DNA from: Candidatus Nomurabacteria bacterium
GTDB lineage: Bacteria > Patescibacteriota > Minisyncoccia > Phycocordibacterales > SBAW01
Length of the DNA stretch: 64,000 nucleotides
Direction of reading: 5' to 3'
Assembly (NCBI GenBank): GCA_943348815.1
Contig: CALQYT010000001.1
Location: 12,488-76,487 of the forward strand
Under the pieces are notes generated by a model that was given only the letters and a program-made list of their open reading frames with translations, was not told the origin of the DNA and did no database searches. Both the position numbers and the translations under genes were made by a program. This document shows, piece after piece, positions 53,176 to 63,294 of this stretch; within the stretch, counting starts at the first letter, position 1, and the number at the start of each line of letters is the position of its first letter.

Positions 53176-53526
53176 GTGAATCAGTGGCTCGACGAAGTGT
53201 TTGCGATAAAAGGCCAGCGGATTAGTCGCCGACCTTACGCATTGGCAATTATTAAAGCTACCGCGCTCATGTTCATTTGGGGCTTTTTGTTTGGAGCGGT
53301 TTTTGACGGCACCGAAGAATTTAGTTCGTTTGGTGTTGGCGAGGCACTTATGATTATTGCTACGATAGGGATAATCTACATTACCCTGTACGTGTATCTG
53401 CTGAGCTCTGTGCGACGCCTCCGCGACATCGGCTGGAATGAGTATTGGGCACTTCTTCTCTTCATTCCTTATTTCAGCTGGCTGGTGATCTTATTTTTTT
53501 GTTTTAAAAAGGGCAAACATCACTAG
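53176..53526 (+). CDS. DUF805 family membrane protein
   Basis: RISRRPYALAII...RLRDIGWNEYWALLLFIPYFSWLV pattern. Confidence 0.55.
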   Translation: MNQWLDEVFAIKGQRISRRPYALAIIKATALMFIWGFLFGAVFDGTEEFSSFGVGEALMIIATIGIIYITLYVYLLSSVRRLRDIGWNEYWALLLFIPYFSWLVILFFCFKKGKHH

Positions 53527-53543
53527 TTTGCTACACTAGGTGC

Positions 53544-53897
53544 ATGCAATACAAAGGCGGCTGCCACTGCGGCAAAGTTAAGTACGAAGTCGAAGCTGAT
53601 TTAGAAACAGCGAAGATCATTGCCTGTAACTGTTCGCACTGCCACGCCAAAGGTTTAGTGCTTACGTTTGTCACGCCTGATAAATTTCGCCTGCTTTCAG
53701 GTGAAGGTGATCTTTCGAACTACCAATTCAATACCAAACGTATTCATCACTTGTTTTGCAAGCACTGCGGCGTACAATCGTTTAGCCGCGGCACCAACCG
53801 CGCCGGCGAAGAAATGAAAGCAATCAATGTTCGTTGTCTCGATGGGGTCGACCTCAATTCCCTAACGCTCACTCAGGTCAACGGCAAAGATTTTTAA
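53544..53897 (+). CDS. GFA-family (glutathione-dependent formaldehyde-activating/CENP-V-like) zinc protein
   Basis: GGCHCGKVKYEV...CNCSHC...FCKHCG cysteine pattern. Confidence 0.7.
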   Translation: MQYKGGCHCGKVKYEVEADLETAKIIACNCSHCHAKGLVLTFVTPDKFRLLSGEGDLSNYQFNTKRIHHLFCKHCGVQSFSRGTNRAGEEMKAINVRCLDGVDLNSLTLTQVNGKDF

Positions 53898-53904
53898 TCT
53901 CCCT

Positions 53905-54273
53905 TCACTTAAAAATAATTTCCCGCATCTCTTGGAGTAAGGTTTGTAGTGCTTCGGCTTGCTTCTTGGATTTTATGCCCTTGCCAATCAGGACATTTAT
54001 ACGGGCAACCGTATCGTCGTAGCGTGCGACGCGGTCCAGACTTTTTTGGTTGCTTGCGGCAATGACCGCTTCGGCAAACTCAGGATCGTTGGGAAACTGC
54101 ACTTGTCGCATGTATTCTGCGTACGACAGAGCAGGCTTTATAGCAGCCCAGTTTTCGACGGCAAGGTTGAGGTTTATGGCAGAGAAAGTATTCCACGCGT
54201 CAACAGGGAGTGGCTGCTTACCCATGTATTCTTTCAGTTTTTCTTGCGGAGTTTGTGGTTTTCTTTCGGTCAT
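53905..54273 (-). CDS. hypothetical protein
   Basis: ORF only. Confidence 0.4.
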   Translation of the reverse strand: MTERKPQTPQEKLKEYMGKQPLPVDAWNTFSAINLNLAVENWAAIKPALSYAEYMRQVQFPNDPEFAEAVIAASNQKSLDRVARYDDTVARINVLIGKGIKSKKQAEALQTLLQEMREIIFK

Positions 54274-54276
54274 AAG

Positions 54277-54915
54277 TTACTTAGAGTCTAACATCCGCCA
54301 AAGATAAAAGCAGGCGACCGTGCGGTGGCCGCTCCAACACTGCGCAAGCTTTGCCATTTTTTCGGGCGACGGTTTTTTCTTGAGCTTAAATACTTTTTGG
54401 AAGGCTTTTTGGATACCAAGGTCGCCCGTGGGCAAAATATCGGGCCGCCCGAGCGTAAACATCAAAAACATATGCGCGGTCCACTCGCCTATCCCCTTGA
54501 CCCTCGTCACGTGCTCAACAATCTCCGCGTCACTCATGCGGTCAAATAGTTTAGGGTTGATCGTGCCGTCTTTAAACTTTGCGGCGAGATCTTTTAAATA
54601 GCCTGCTTTTTGTTGCGACAAGCCCGCAGAGCGTAGTTTTGTAACTTTTATTTTCAAAACATCTTCTGGAGTAGGAAATTTCCGTGCCCCGCGAAACCTT
54701 GGCGAAGTGGGGTTTGGAGCGAAGAGCACAATAAATCTTTTGCAAATAGTATCTGCCGCTTTGCCCGAAAGTTGCTGATAAATAATCGATTCGGCGAGCG
54801 ATCGAAAAGCGCCACCCGTATGGTCGCGCCTAAAGGTAATAGGCCCGTGCGCGCGTATAAATTTGCCCAAGTGTTTGTCGCGCGAAAGGTGTTTTATAGA
54901 TGCGGCGTGCGGCAT
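54277..54915 (-). CDS. HhH-GPD superfamily DNA glycosylase (AlkA/3-methyladenine glycosylase II-like)
   Basis: ...VTRVKGIGEWTAHMFLMFTLGRPDILPTGDLGIQKA... HhH-GPD motif. Confidence 0.7.
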   Translation of the reverse strand: MPHAASIKHLSRDKHLGKFIRAHGPITFRRDHTGGAFRSLAESIIYQQLSGKAADTICKRFIVLFAPNPTSPRFRGARKFPTPEDVLKIKVTKLRSAGLSQQKAGYLKDLAAKFKDGTINPKLFDRMSDAEIVEHVTRVKGIGEWTAHMFLMFTLGRPDILPTGDLGIQKAFQKVFKLKKKPSPEKMAKLAQCWSGHRTVACFYLWRMLDSK

Positions 54916-54950
54916 AGTTGCATACTAACAAAAAAGCCGCCCGATTTTCT

Positions 54951-55274
54951 CTAGGCGGCTTGGCTGGTGGTCACCCTGACGATGGCGTCTTGCAGCGTCG
55001 ACAAGTCGGCGCTCTCCAGCAAGATCTTTTTCCTTGCCGTTCCTGCTTCGGTGAGACGGACGAATGTCGCGTCGTCGGTGTATCGTGCTTCGATCAGCCC
55101 CTTTTTTTCAAGGTTGTCGAGATGGACGTTGATCGTGTCGGCGACCTCCACCACTCCAGTAGTGCCTGTGGTAAGGACGGCTGCCCTACCCTTCTCTTCA
55201 AGTTGTTTGAGCGACTGCTCCTGTTGTGCGTCAAGCAACAAAAGAGTGTCGTCCTCGCTGAATTTCATCGGCAT
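54951..55274 (-). CDS. small hypothetical protein
   Basis: ORF only. Confidence 0.35.
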   Translation of the reverse strand: MPMKFSEDDTLLLLDAQQEQSLKQLEEKGRAAVLTTGTTGVVEVADTINVHLDNLEKKGLIEARYTDDATFVRLTEAGTARKKILLESADLSTLQDAIVRVTTSQAA

Positions 55275-55341
55275 TTCGTTGTCCTCCTAGAACCCGCCAC
55301 TGTCTCTTATACTCCCCCAGCCTAAATATTTCAAGTTTTTT

Positions 55342-56898
55342 CTAACTCTTTTTCTCCCGGTATTGCAGCGCTTCGAGCACGTGAGACTCGTTGATGTCAG
55401 GGTGTTCATCGAGGTCCGCTATCGTGCGCGCAACCTTAATGACGCGATGGAAGGCGCGCGGCGAGAGGGCAAGGCGAGTGCCAGCCTTTTCTAAAATCTC
55501 GCGCGCTTTGGGCGTGAGCGGCACCAGGTCGTCTATCTCGCGCGGGTTTAACTCGCTGTTAGTTTTGTTTGGGTTTTTATTTTTGGCAAAGCGTTTTTGT
55601 TGTGCGGCGCGGGCTTTAAGTACGCGCGCCCGTGCGGCAGTAGTTTCGGTCCCCTCCCTATTTCGTTTCCCTAATTCCGAAAGTTCGACGGGCCCCATCG
55701 TGCACCAAAGGTCGATGCGGTCGGCTATTGGCCCGGAGATTTTGCGGCGGTAGCGCTCGAGCGCAATCGGCGTACACGTGCAGGCAATTTCGGGGTGGCC
55801 ATAGTTGCCACAGGGGCACGGGTTCATCGCCGCCACCAAGGTAAAGCGCGCGGGGAATTGCGCCGTACCCTTAGCGCGCGCGACCGAAATTACTCGGTCT
55901 TCGAGCGGTTGTCGCAGCGCTTCAATCACGCGCCGCTCAAACTCGGGGAACTCGTCTAAAAAGAGCACGCCTTTGTGTGCAAGCGTTGCCTCGCCGGGGC
56001 GCGGAGTTGCGCCACCACCGACGATCGAGACGTACGACGAGGTGTGATGCGGTGCCCTAAACGGCGGGAGTGTGAGTATTTGGTCGCGCAGCACACCGGC
56101 GACCGAGTGTATTGAGTTGACTTCGAGCATGTCATCAAAGTTTAGTGGCGGCAAAATAGACGCGAGCGCTCGTGCCAGCATGGTTTTGCCGGTGCCCGGC
56201 GGGCCCGAGAGCCCAAGGTTGTGTCCACCGGCCGCGGCAATTATTGCGGCACGTTTAGCACTCTCTTGCCCGCGGATATCCTCAAAGGCAAACTGTGCTT
56301 CGCCAAAGTCAGGGGCAATTTTAGTTTGTGGCGTTGGTTTTATTTCCTGCCCCACCCGCTTTTTATTATCAGGAGTCTTTTTGGTATTTAAAAAATCAAT
56401 AACCTGTGCCAACGACTCTGCTGCGTACACCGGTATCCCCGGTACCAGCGCTGCCTCGGCAGCATTTTCGGCCGGGACAAAAACGCCTTTCTTCTTTTTG
56501 CGTTTGGCTTCGGCCACCAACGGCAGCACACCACGCACGGGCATCAGCCGGCCATCTAAAGAAAGTTCGCCGACAAATAAATAGGGTTCTGGGTCAAAGC
56601 GTATGTCCCCCGCTGCCAACAAATACGAGAGTGCGATCGGCAAATCAAACATCGGCCCTTCTTTTTTGAGGTCAGCGGGTGCGAGCGAGATCGTTATTTT
56701 TTGGTTGCGCTGCTTGGGTGAGGTAAATCCGGCGTGTTTAATCGCCGCTGCCACGCGGTCACGCGATTCTTCAACCGCTTTGTCGGGCAACCCTACCAAC
56801 GTAAAAGCGTGCAAACCTTGCGAAAGGTCGGTCTCGATGCTCACAATAACCGGTGAGAGTGCCGATGTCTGCGCCCCATCCACCCGTGCATAGTGCAT
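55342..56898 (-). CDS. comM: YifB/ComM-family Mg-chelatase-like AAA+ ATPase
   Basis: Lon-like N-terminal domain, Walker A LGLSGPPGTGKTMLA, and MCM-like C-terminal region. Confidence 0.85.
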   Translation of the reverse strand: MHYARVDGAQTSALSPVIVSIETDLSQGLHAFTLVGLPDKAVEESRDRVAAAIKHAGFTSPKQRNQKITISLAPADLKKEGPMFDLPIALSYLLAAGDIRFDPEPYLFVGELSLDGRLMPVRGVLPLVAEAKRKKKKGVFVPAENAAEAALVPGIPVYAAESLAQVIDFLNTKKTPDNKKRVGQEIKPTPQTKIAPDFGEAQFAFEDIRGQESAKRAAIIAAAGGHNLGLSGPPGTGKTMLARALASILPPLNFDDMLEVNSIHSVAGVLRDQILTLPPFRAPHHTSSYVSIVGGGATPRPGEATLAHKGVLFLDEFPEFERRVIEALRQPLEDRVISVARAKGTAQFPARFTLVAAMNPCPCGNYGHPEIACTCTPIALERYRRKISGPIADRIDLWCTMGPVELSELGKRNREGTETTAARARVLKARAAQQKRFAKNKNPNKTNSELNPREIDDLVPLTPKAREILEKAGTRLALSPRAFHRVIKVARTIADLDEHPDINESHVLEALQYREKKS

Positions 56899-56911
56899 GC
56901 ACCAAATTCTA

Positions 56912-58117
56912 CTATGAGATCTTCAGGGGATTCTTCCACCCGTCTTTAAACTTGAGCAAAATAAACAGGCCAATAATCATCAGCGCCGTCATACTCAGTA
57001 TTGCCGCACGATAGCCGTCGGAGCTGTTGCCAACCAACGCAATAGTGCTGCCCCAAGCGAGTGGGCCGACAAACGACGCAAAGCGCTCAAAGAGTGTAAA
57101 AAGCGAAAAGCCGTAGGTCATTTCCTCGGGCCGCAAAAGTTGAGTGAGGTACACGCGCGAGGTCGAGTACGAGGAGCCTATGAGCAAGCCAATGATGACG
57201 GTGTAGCCTGAAAAGATTACGAATGTTTGTGCCGAAGCAAGTATAGGGAGCATGACCACCCAACCCAAAATCAAGGCGATCAGTGTTTTGTACACACTCG
57301 TTTTGTCTGCTACCCATCCGGCGATAACGCCGCCCACGGCAGAAGATATAAGTATTGCGAGCAGCAGCAATGACTTGGTAGTATCTGGCACTTCGAACAT
57401 GCGCTGCAGCACAATGGCGTAGTTGTTGCTGAGCGTAATCACCGCGTCGTTAAAGAAAAAGTACGCCACTACAAATGATGCCGCAGCAGACGTAAAAATA
57501 AACGCGGATAATTTTTTAAAATACGGTTCGTGCGGAGTGGTTGTTGGAGCGGCAGGTGACTCTTTATAAAACAGCAGCATCGGAAGCGCGAGTACCAAAA
57601 AGATACCGACTGCAGGTAGCATCGGCCCCAAGTGGGTGCTTGCAAAGGGGAGCGCTATCACTACTCCTGCAATCTGTCCCAACGCGTTAGCAAACTGCCC
57701 TATTCCCGACGCGCGGGCACGCTTGCCTTCGGGGGCAATCTGCACGAGCATCGGGGTGTAAAACACAAACGAAAGTTGGTAGCAATATTGCCCGAGCAAA
57801 AAGAGTAGCGCTGCAGCCCACACATATGGTGTGCCTTGGTATGCAGTCAACACCGCGAGCGCGTAAAAAGCGGCCGTGCCAAGCGTGGCAAGTGTGAGCC
57901 AAAATTTTCCGCCACCCTGTTTGTCTACCCGTGCCGCAAGTAGGGGCGCGCTAAATAAAAGCATCAGCGTTGCAATCGCAAAGAGCGCGTTATACCAAAA
58001 ATCCGGGAGCCCCGCGTCTACGACAAGCCATTGTGCAAAGTAAAGGAGAAACGCGATATAAACTATCGAGTTGGCGAAGTCGTACAGCGACCACAAAAAA
58101 AGATTTTTCTTTTGCAT
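56912..58117 (-). CDS. MFS transporter
   Basis: 12 predicted TM segments; MFS-like N-terminal region ...LWSLYDFANS.... Confidence 0.65.
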   Translation of the reverse strand: MQKKNLFLWSLYDFANSIVYIAFLLYFAQWLVVDAGLPDFWYNALFAIATLMLLFSAPLLAARVDKQGGGKFWLTLATLGTAAFYALAVLTAYQGTPYVWAAALLFLLGQYCYQLSFVFYTPMLVQIAPEGKRARASGIGQFANALGQIAGVVIALPFASTHLGPMLPAVGIFLVLALPMLLFYKESPAAPTTTPHEPYFKKLSAFIFTSAAASFVVAYFFFNDAVITLSNNYAIVLQRMFEVPDTTKSLLLLAILISSAVGGVIAGWVADKTSVYKTLIALILGWVVMLPILASAQTFVIFSGYTVIIGLLIGSSYSTSRVYLTQLLRPEEMTYGFSLFTLFERFASFVGPLAWGSTIALVGNSSDGYRAAILSMTALMIIGLFILLKFKDGWKNPLKIS

Positions 58118-58254
58118 GCGTTAATACAACCGTTTTTTAGCAAAAACGTCAAGATTTATTAGAAATCTAATATTTCCTCCCTATATTTTTAGATTTTACC
58201 TTGCAAAATAGGGTGTTTGGAGTATAGTCAATTCGTCAAGAAATATCGACGTTT

Positions 58255-59013
58255 ATGGAGCAAGAACTACAAAAGCTCGGGCTCGAGGAAAAGGAGATTC
58301 AAATTTATCTTGCCGCTCTTGCGCAAGGCGCCCCTACCCCAACGCTTATTGCCAAAGCAACAGGACTCAAACGAGCCACGGTTTATTTTTATTTGGACCG
58401 ATTGATAGACAAAGGATTGATGGAGTGGGAGGTCCACAAAGCGCGTAAGCACATCGCCCTTGTTCCTCCACGCCGTGGTTTAAAAAACTTTGTCACAAAA
58501 AAGAAAGAAGAGGTGATGCGTAACGAGGATATCGTTAAGCAGCTATTGGTTGAGATAGAAAAACTGCCGCAAGCAAAAGGCGCAGAGTCCCGCGTCTATC
58601 ACTATGAGGGGGAGGAAGGCATACGTTTTGCAATAGAAAAGGCGTTGGCAACACGCAAAGATATGTATTGGTTTGGTTCGATAGAAACGATGGTTTCGGC
58701 CGTGGGCGAAGACAAGTGGTACCGCCTCTTTACGCGCCACCGCCTGAAGCAAGGCACGGCGACCTATGGGCTTACCGACCGGCGCGTTTTAAAGTATCCG
58801 CGCTTTAGCGAGATGCAAAAGAGTAAACGCTACTTTAGATTTTTTGAAGAAGACTTTGATCTCCCTACGGTGTTGGCCCTCTTTGGCGACTCACTGTGTC
58901 TCTTTTCTAAACAAAAAAACGAAATGCGCGTGGTGTTGGTGGAAAACGCTCTTATGGCTCAAACGTTGAAGTTTTTGTTCAAAGCTCTTTGGAACAGCCT
59001 TTCGAAGGAATAG
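58255..59013 (+). CDS. TrmB-family transcriptional regulator
   Basis: N-terminal wHTH (LGLEEKEIQIYLAALAQGAPTPTLIAKATGLKRATVYFYLDRLIDKGLM) with a TrmB-like C-terminal domain. Confidence 0.6.
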   Translation: MEQELQKLGLEEKEIQIYLAALAQGAPTPTLIAKATGLKRATVYFYLDRLIDKGLMEWEVHKARKHIALVPPRRGLKNFVTKKKEEVMRNEDIVKQLLVEIEKLPQAKGAESRVYHYEGEEGIRFAIEKALATRKDMYWFGSIETMVSAVGEDKWYRLFTRHRLKQGTATYGLTDRRVLKYPRFSEMQKSKRYFRFFEEDFDLPTVLALFGDSLCLFSKQKNEMRVVLVENALMAQTLKFLFKALWNSLSKE

Positions 59014-59052
59014 TGATAAACAAAAAAGCGCCCGAGGGCGCTCGAAAGTAGG

Positions 59053-59610
59053 TCAGCGGGCTGGCCGCAACCGCTTGCTGGACTCGTCGTGCCAGAAGCA
59101 GATCAGCCAGAAGAACTGCATGCCCAAGCAAAACAACAGCGTTGCAACCGGCCAGTAGCGGTCGAACTGCCCGTAGTACTGGTCGACGTAGAAGGCTGCG
59201 ATAATGCCAGCCGGCATCAGAAGCGGCCTTAACCAACCGCCCTGCTCGTCTATGGTTTCGCTCGCGAAGACCCAGTAAAAGAAGCCGAGGAGAGCGAAGA
59301 GGAGGCTAAGGGTAAGCGTGGCTGTCAGCGGCGAGGTGGTTTGCACTGCCACGAACACTGCCGCGCAGATGGCCATAATAGTTGCTGCCACCGCCAGGAT
59401 CATTTCGTCGAGCAAATTGTTCGGAGTGTAGATCTCGACAACGATGGCACCCAGGATGATGATGACGCCCGCCACACACGCAGCAATGCCAGCTGCACCG
59501 GCAGCGTCCGCCGGGGTGTGGCCATAGTAGAGTCTAACGGCGTATGTCGTCGCCATCGCCAGCGCAATCAGCGGTGGCGTAACAGCCTCGAGAACCTTGT
59601 TCAAGATCAT
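59053..59610 (-). CDS. hypothetical membrane protein (5 TM)
   Basis: Hydrophobic ORF between the two TrmB-like regulators. Confidence 0.4.
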   Translation of the reverse strand: MILNKVLEAVTPPLIALAMATTYAVRLYYGHTPADAAGAAGIAACVAGVIIILGAIVVEIYTPNNLLDEMILAVAATIMAICAAVFVAVQTTSPLTATLTLSLLFALLGFFYWVFASETIDEQGGWLRPLLMPAGIIAAFYVDQYYGQFDRYWPVATLLFCLGMQFFWLICFWHDESSKRLRPAR

Positions 59611-59673
59611 GCGCGTTCAAGCGGGCTTCCCCGCAGCTCCCTGTGAAGTGTCTTCCACCGTGACTGTAACAAA

Positions 59674-60408
59674 TTATTTCGCCGCCTGCCACAAGACCTC
59701 AAACAGGGCGCGTTGGCTTTTTACGGCCGCGTCGTTTTTGACCAATACGTAAATAATTTCCGGCTCGTAGATACAAAAGCAAACGCTGTCTTTGCGAATG
59801 ACGACAGTCACGATGTCGCCAATACCTTGGATTATTCGGGACTCATTTTTGAGAGGGCTCTCCTCAAGGTTGTAGCGCACATCCTCTCCCGTGCCAACGT
59901 AGCGGACCTTAATATTTTTTTCTCTACCCAGGTCGCTCCACTCTTTTTCGATATCCTTCCCTATCATGTGCACCCAGTGCATCCCGCCACCGCCAATAAT
60001 TTCTAAAAAGTCGCCCTGGTCCGCCTCGCGCAGCGAGCGCAGGTCATACTCTATTGCCGCCTCGCGTCCACGAATTATTTCTACAATTCCTGCGGGCGAA
60101 CGATCGTAAAGTTTCATCAAGTCGCGTACGCCATCTTGGGCGTCCAATCGTGTTTTTTCGGCTTCTTGCAGCAGGCGGTCGGGTGTCGCGCCGTGGTATT
60201 TAACCCGATGCCCGCTCCCCTCCTTAACCACCAATCGCCGGTCCTCAAGCTCTTGCAGCGCGTCATACACATACTGCCGGTGCAGCTTGGTGCGCAGAAT
60301 TATGGCCTTGGGCGGCAGAGCCACCCCTGCTTCCAGCAATGCTACGTATACCGTTGCGGCCTTGGCTGAGAGCCCTGCTTTCAGCGCGCTTTTGAAGTAA
60401 TCAGTCAT
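59674..60408 (-). CDS. TrmB-family transcriptional regulator
   Basis: wHTH ...LSAKAATVYVALLEAGVALPPKAIILRTKLHRQYVYDALQELEDRRLV.... Confidence 0.6.
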   Translation of the reverse strand: MTDYFKSALKAGLSAKAATVYVALLEAGVALPPKAIILRTKLHRQYVYDALQELEDRRLVVKEGSGHRVKYHGATPDRLLQEAEKTRLDAQDGVRDLMKLYDRSPAGIVEIIRGREAAIEYDLRSLREADQGDFLEIIGGGGMHWVHMIGKDIEKEWSDLGREKNIKVRYVGTGEDVRYNLEESPLKNESRIIQGIGDIVTVVIRKDSVCFCIYEPEIIYVLVKNDAAVKSQRALFEVLWQAAK

Positions 60409-60528
60409 AAATATATGACTATACTACCCTTTAAAATACTCTATTGCAATAGATTTGGTAATAAATAAATGGAAATAAAGTCATGACTTTTTGTTGACTA
60501 CTTGACGTTTTAAAGGAAGAATGCCGCC

Positions 60529-61644
60529 ATGCAAAAGAATATTATATGGGCGGTTTTAGTAATAGTCGTGCTGGGCGGTGTCATTTTTTGGGCTACCAAG
60601 CCTGCAGTGCAGACCGGTAACCCAATTAAAATCGGGGCGGTTATATCGCAGACCGGTTTTGCGGCGAGCTATGGCCAACCTGCAGCACAGGCCGTGCAGA
60701 TGGCGGTGGAAGATATCAATAAAAGTGGCGGCATTAACGGCCGTTTGGTTGAACTGTCTTTGGAAGACGATCATACCGACCCCAAACAAGCAGTATCAGC
60801 GTTTCAGAAACTTACCAGCATCGACGGCGTGCAAGGCATTGTGGGCGGGCTGTTTGATTTTACGACCAAGCCACTCTTCCCTCTCGCCGATGAATCAAAG
60901 GTTACTCTCATCTCCCCCATCAACTTGCGTATCCCGGGCGGGTTTGAGCTTACGCCAAACACCTTTGTAATGCTGCCTGATTTTAGTTTGGTAATCCGCC
61001 AACTAAAGACGTATCTTGCACAGAGCAATAGCAAAAAAATTGCGGTCGTGCACTTTAAGTCGACGTTTGGCCAGGAAATTGCCAGCACACTCTCGCAGGT
61101 GTCACAGGAGCTTGCTCGCGGACCCATCGTCGACGAAGCGTACTACCAAATTGGTGGCAACGATTTTAAAACTACCATCCTCAAACTCAAAGCAGCCGGA
61201 GTTGATACGGTGTTCCTCGACATGGTTGATGTTGATCCCGTCAACTTTATGACGCGGGCCAACGACCTTGGATTTAAACCTACGATTATCAGCTACCATT
61301 CGATTGTCGACTCCTTTGCTGCCTCTGACAAAGACAAGGCATTGATCGAAGGAGCCGTGATACTCGATTGGGAGTTTAGTCCAGCAGGGTTTGCTGCAGA
61401 ATTTAAGCAGCATTGGGGAGTCGAGCCGAGTCACAACGCCGACAAAAGTTACAGTGCAGTCTATGCACTTGCTCGTGCGATTGCAGCAACAAATAATACT
61501 GCCAAAGTTGCGCCCTACCTGGCGTCACATCCACTCGAAACGCCATTTGGTAACGTTATCTTCAACCAAAATCACGCGGTCGATTCGACACCCGTAAAAA
61601 TCGAAGTAGTTAAAAACGGAGTACCCGTGGAGTGGACACAGTAG
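60529..61644 (+). CDS. ABC transporter substrate-binding protein (LivJ/LivK-like branched-chain amino-acid type)
   Basis: Signal/anchor peptide, then ...KIGAVISQTGFAASYGQPAAQAVQMAVEDINKSGGINGR... characteristic of the Peripla_BP_6 family. Confidence 0.75.
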   Translation: MQKNIIWAVLVIVVLGGVIFWATKPAVQTGNPIKIGAVISQTGFAASYGQPAAQAVQMAVEDINKSGGINGRLVELSLEDDHTDPKQAVSAFQKLTSIDGVQGIVGGLFDFTTKPLFPLADESKVTLISPINLRIPGGFELTPNTFVMLPDFSLVIRQLKTYLAQSNSKKIAVVHFKSTFGQEIASTLSQVSQELARGPIVDEAYYQIGGNDFKTTILKLKAAGVDTVFLDMVDVDPVNFMTRANDLGFKPTIISYHSIVDSFAASDKDKALIEGAVILDWEFSPAGFAAEFKQHWGVEPSHNADKSYSAVYALARAIAATNNTAKVAPYLASHPLETPFGNVIFNQNHAVDSTPVKIEVVKNGVPVEWTQ

Positions 61645-62859
61645 CTAGCCCCAGATTCTCAAATTAAGTCGGCGAATAGGCCCGAGTTTGAGCAGTGTGG
61701 GGACTTCTACCCCCAACTTCTTCCATTCAGTAGCCTGCAAGTAGTATTTTTCACGCTGCCCCTTGGTTTTATGGAGTTGCTGGAGACTAGTGAGGATCGC
61801 TGTTTTAACCAAGGGATTTTTCAGGAGTTCTGCGGTATTCCAAACTGATCCCCAGTTTTCTGCGGCGGTCTTAAATACAAAGGGGCTCGTGCTTGCTTGC
61901 ACCGCAACAGACAAGATCGTGCTTTGCACGGTCGGTTCCTTGCTTAGATCGTATCCAAACCCAACTTCTCGCCATTTTTTTGTCGCAGCGCTAAACGCAA
62001 GAGGCCCCTCCGTTAGCGTTATAAGGCAGTTATTTATAACGGCGCTGCGTGCCTGAGCGTCTCCTTCAATCGCGGGTGACTTGAAGCCCAATTTAATCCA
62101 CTCCACGATCTCGTTATGATAGACGAATGGTCCTTGGGTAAGCAGCTGCAAACAGCGGGATTTAAATGCTGCTTGTATTAACTCCTCGGTGTGAATGTTT
62201 TTTAGTAGTTCCTGCGCTCCCGTGTTTGCCCATCGCTTCATGTCCATGGCATATTCTACGTACCCTTTTCGTACGAGCCCGGCTAGCTGTTTGATGAGCA
62301 CCCGGCGCATGTCTTCATAAAACTGTTTTCTGCGCGCTTCGGGGAGAAGTTCTGGAGATATGTTGTGGCGATCGAAAGTGGCGGTGAGACTTTCGAACTT
62401 AAAAGGCCCGTTGGCTATAGCGCTCAAGATGTCGGTGAGCTCTCGGTCGGTTGGGGGTCGGGGAGCACCCGCTTTTGTTTCGCTCGCTGCGGGTGTCGGC
62501 CCGTCCTTGAGATGCTGATACGCCTCCACTAACAACCGGTATAGTTCGTTATCCCCTCCAAAATCTGGGTGATATAAGGCCGAGAGTTTTTTGAAGCTAG
62601 CCGTAAGATTTTGCGGAGTGTAGTTAGCGGGCAGGTGTAAACGATCAACCAGTCGCGCTACCCTATATACTCGCCGCGCTTCTTCAATAAGACCATCGCG
62701 CGCCTCGCGCATAAGACGATACATCTCGGCGTCCCCGCCAGACTTAGGGTCCCACTTTTGAGAGAGTTTTTTAAACTGAGACAGCAGTTCTGCAGAAGTA
62801 GGGCGGGCCGAAAGTTCCAAACGTTCAGCAAAGGTTTTTTTAGCAAATGCTTGCCGCAT
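61645..62859 (-). CDS. hypothetical protein with two degenerate J-domain-like repeats
   Basis: FKKLSQKWDPKSGGDAEMYRLMREA and FKKLSALYHPDFGGDNELYRLLVEAYQHL; only the second keeps the HPD motif. Start at ATG 62859 to avoid overlap with the dksA-like gene. Confidence 0.45.
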   Translation of the reverse strand: MRQAFAKKTFAERLELSARPTSAELLSQFKKLSQKWDPKSGGDAEMYRLMREARDGLIEEARRVYRVARLVDRLHLPANYTPQNLTASFKKLSALYHPDFGGDNELYRLLVEAYQHLKDGPTPAASETKAGAPRPPTDRELTDILSAIANGPFKFESLTATFDRHNISPELLPEARRKQFYEDMRRVLIKQLAGLVRKGYVEYAMDMKRWANTGAQELLKNIHTEELIQAAFKSRCLQLLTQGPFVYHNEIVEWIKLGFKSPAIEGDAQARSAVINNCLITLTEGPLAFSAATKKWREVGFGYDLSKEPTVQSTILSVAVQASTSPFVFKTAAENWGSVWNTAELLKNPLVKTAILTSLQQLHKTKGQREKYYLQATEWKKLGVEVPTLLKLGPIRRLNLRIWG

Positions 62860-62903
62860 TTGTTGGAGTTGTATGGGCGAGCGTGTCTCCTGCGTTGTCA
62901 CAG

Positions 62904-63263
62904 TTATTCCATGTGCGCCTTGCAGGTGCGTGCGGCGGGGTTGGCCTCGAGTCGGTCTGGTTCGATCTCTTCGCCGCACTCCTCGCAGATGCCAAAAATC
63001 CCTTCATCAATTCGCTTCAGCGCGGCGCGGATCTCGCGGTAGCGGACCTCGAGCTCGTCGTTGATCCCGCGGTTAATGCCGTATTCCTCCTGCGCGTCGG
63101 CCGACTCGTTAGGGTCTTGCATAGGCGTCGCCTCGTCCATCTCGGTCTCTTTGGCCTCCCAATCGCCGGTCTGTGCGTTGGTAAGTCGGCCTACGGTCTC
63201 GAGCTCTTTCGTCACCTCCTCAAACTCTTCTTGTAATTTAAGTTTGTACTGTTCTATTTCCAT
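62904..63263 (-). CDS. DksA/TraR-family C4 zinc-finger protein
   Basis: ...DEGIFGICEECGEEIEPDRLEANPAARTCKAHME plus coiled-coil N-terminal region. Start at ATG 63263. Confidence 0.75.
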   Translation of the reverse strand: MEIEQYKLKLQEEFEEVTKELETVGRLTNAQTGDWEAKETEMDEATPMQDPNESADAQEEYGINRGINDELEVRYREIRAALKRIDEGIFGICEECGEEIEPDRLEANPAARTCKAHME

Positions 63264-63294
63264 GCCGACAGTATAGCAAATTAAAAACCAGCGC

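Noticed and set aside
55391-56893. Plus-strand ORFs antisense to comM (55391..55753, 56072..56584, 56603..56893)
   Set aside because: comM on the minus strand has an unambiguous AAA+/Mg-chelatase architecture spanning the region.
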